NCBI GenBank assembly: GCA_964016885.1
Contig: OZ024740.1
Location: forward strand, 335,420,001 to 335,484,000
Direction: 5' to 3'
DNA length: 64,000 nucleotides
Origin: Eledone cirrhosa
Lineage: Eukaryota
The translations under genes and the position numbers were made by a program. This document shows positions 62,671-64,000 of this stretch, piece after piece. The notes below the pieces were generated by a model, which did not search any database, was not told the origin of the DNA, and worked only from the letters and a program-made list of their open reading frames with translations. The number at the start of each line of letters is the position of its first letter. Within the stretch, counting starts at the first letter, position 1.

Positions 62671-64000
62671 TTATTATCCCCTTCATTGTGTCATCATCAT
62701 TCCCATCGTCATCGTTCCCATCGTAATCATGATTATTTTACCACCTTTACCATGATTATAATCATCATAATTAGCATTGTCGTCATCATGCTTGTCACCA
62801 CAATTGTATCGTTATCGTCGTCGTCAATATCCTCATACTTTAATAATTTTTGTTACCAAATTATTTTGGATGTCTAAAGTTGATTTATGTGACCTTTGTA
62901 GTAAAGTAGCGGAAGATGAAAATGTTGTGTGTGATTTACCAGAAATGAAAATATCAAAGACGTGTATCAGTGGCTTGTGTCGCCATGTAGGCCTGTGTCA
63001 CCAGATAGGCCTTAACAAGTGCTAATGTTAGCTATTATTGTTCTCTCCATCAATTGGCATTGATGGTGAGCGGAAAAGAAGAAAAAGGAAATGGCGGTCC
63101 TGGTGATAATGAGATAATACAGAAGGTGAAAGTCTTTCTACAAATAACATCTCACATGACAGCGCACCATGGATGCAGTTGTAATTGCAGCAATAACTAC
63201 AGCATTAATTGCATCAGTAGATGCAAGAAGATCAACAATAATACAATGTCCATCGCTGCAGCTGCTGCAACGGCGTTAAGTAGAAAAATATGAAGCGAAA
63301 GCAGGTGCAATACAGAAACGCTAGTAAAAGAAATGAAGATCAGTAATTAGAATGCCATAAAAACAGCCTCAGTAGTAGCATAAATAACAGCCACAACTAC
63401 AGTAACAGCAACAATAACATCAGCAAAACAATTACAGCACCAGCTACAGTATACCAACAGCAGTTATAAGACTGCCACAACCTCTGGAAACTACTAGAGA
63501 GTCACTATTTGGTTCTTCTAGCAACAAGATATAGAAACAAAATATCCCCGGAAAGGCGCCCATCTGTATTTAACAAAAATAAATGAAGGTCATGACTTTT
63601 GATCATAAGTCTATTTAATATGAGATGAACAGTGACTAAGGAACAACAACAATAACAACTAACAATAAAAACAACTACAACAACAAGAGTAATATAATTA
63701 ATAGCTACAATGACTGCAGCAAAGGTGACTAAAGCTTCCGCAATAACGTCTGCAACAACAACAACAAAAGCCACAGAAACAATTGTAACCGCGACAGCTT
63801 CATCAACAAAGGAAGTATCAATAAGGATGAGAATGGCAATACAATAATTGTGACAACTCCGCGATTTTGGTTTAATATTCGTCAATATAGTGCAATGAAT
63901 TGGCGGTCGTGAAGTTAACATTTATCTGATCTGAGCAGAGAATTTATTTCCATCTGTTCTAGACGTAAGCAAGTAGAATACTGTGCTTTGTCAAAAAATC

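Overview
AT-rich, microsatellite-saturated animal genomic DNA. The repeat landscape resembles an octopus or other coleoid cephalopod; that assignment is inference. Most ORFs in the supplied track are artefacts of (TA)n, (CATA)n, (GATA)n, (TAG)n and (CAT)n repeats. Supported content: (i) a 5'-truncated Naiad-type Penelope-like element (768-2230, -), whose otherwise open linker/GIY-YIG frame has a single in-frame TGA at a conserved Cys position; (ii) a short signal-peptide first coding exon (13010-13121, -) ending '...IKIG' at a phase-1 GTAAGT donor, typical of ionotropic glutamate receptor/ANF-receptor-domain genes, so bases 1-13009 are probably its intron 1; (iii) about 10 copies of a tRNA-derived Meta-domain-like SINE; (iv) many fold-back elements lodged in (TA)n; (v) a 5.9-copy head-to-tail array of an apparently identical, unexplained 615-bp unit inside a (TA)n tract (27301-30916); (vi) a ~26-kb stack (32.4-58.9 kb) of about a dozen non-LTR retrotransposons from two unrelated clades (R4/Dong, RLE-type; Tx1, APE-type), whose well-preserved members sit in (AAT)n with opposite, fixed polarities, plus a separate Tx1 subfamily that sits in (GATA)n; (vii) a ~40-copy 66-bp minisatellite that grades into (CAT)n-like sequence. 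There is one 200-N gap.
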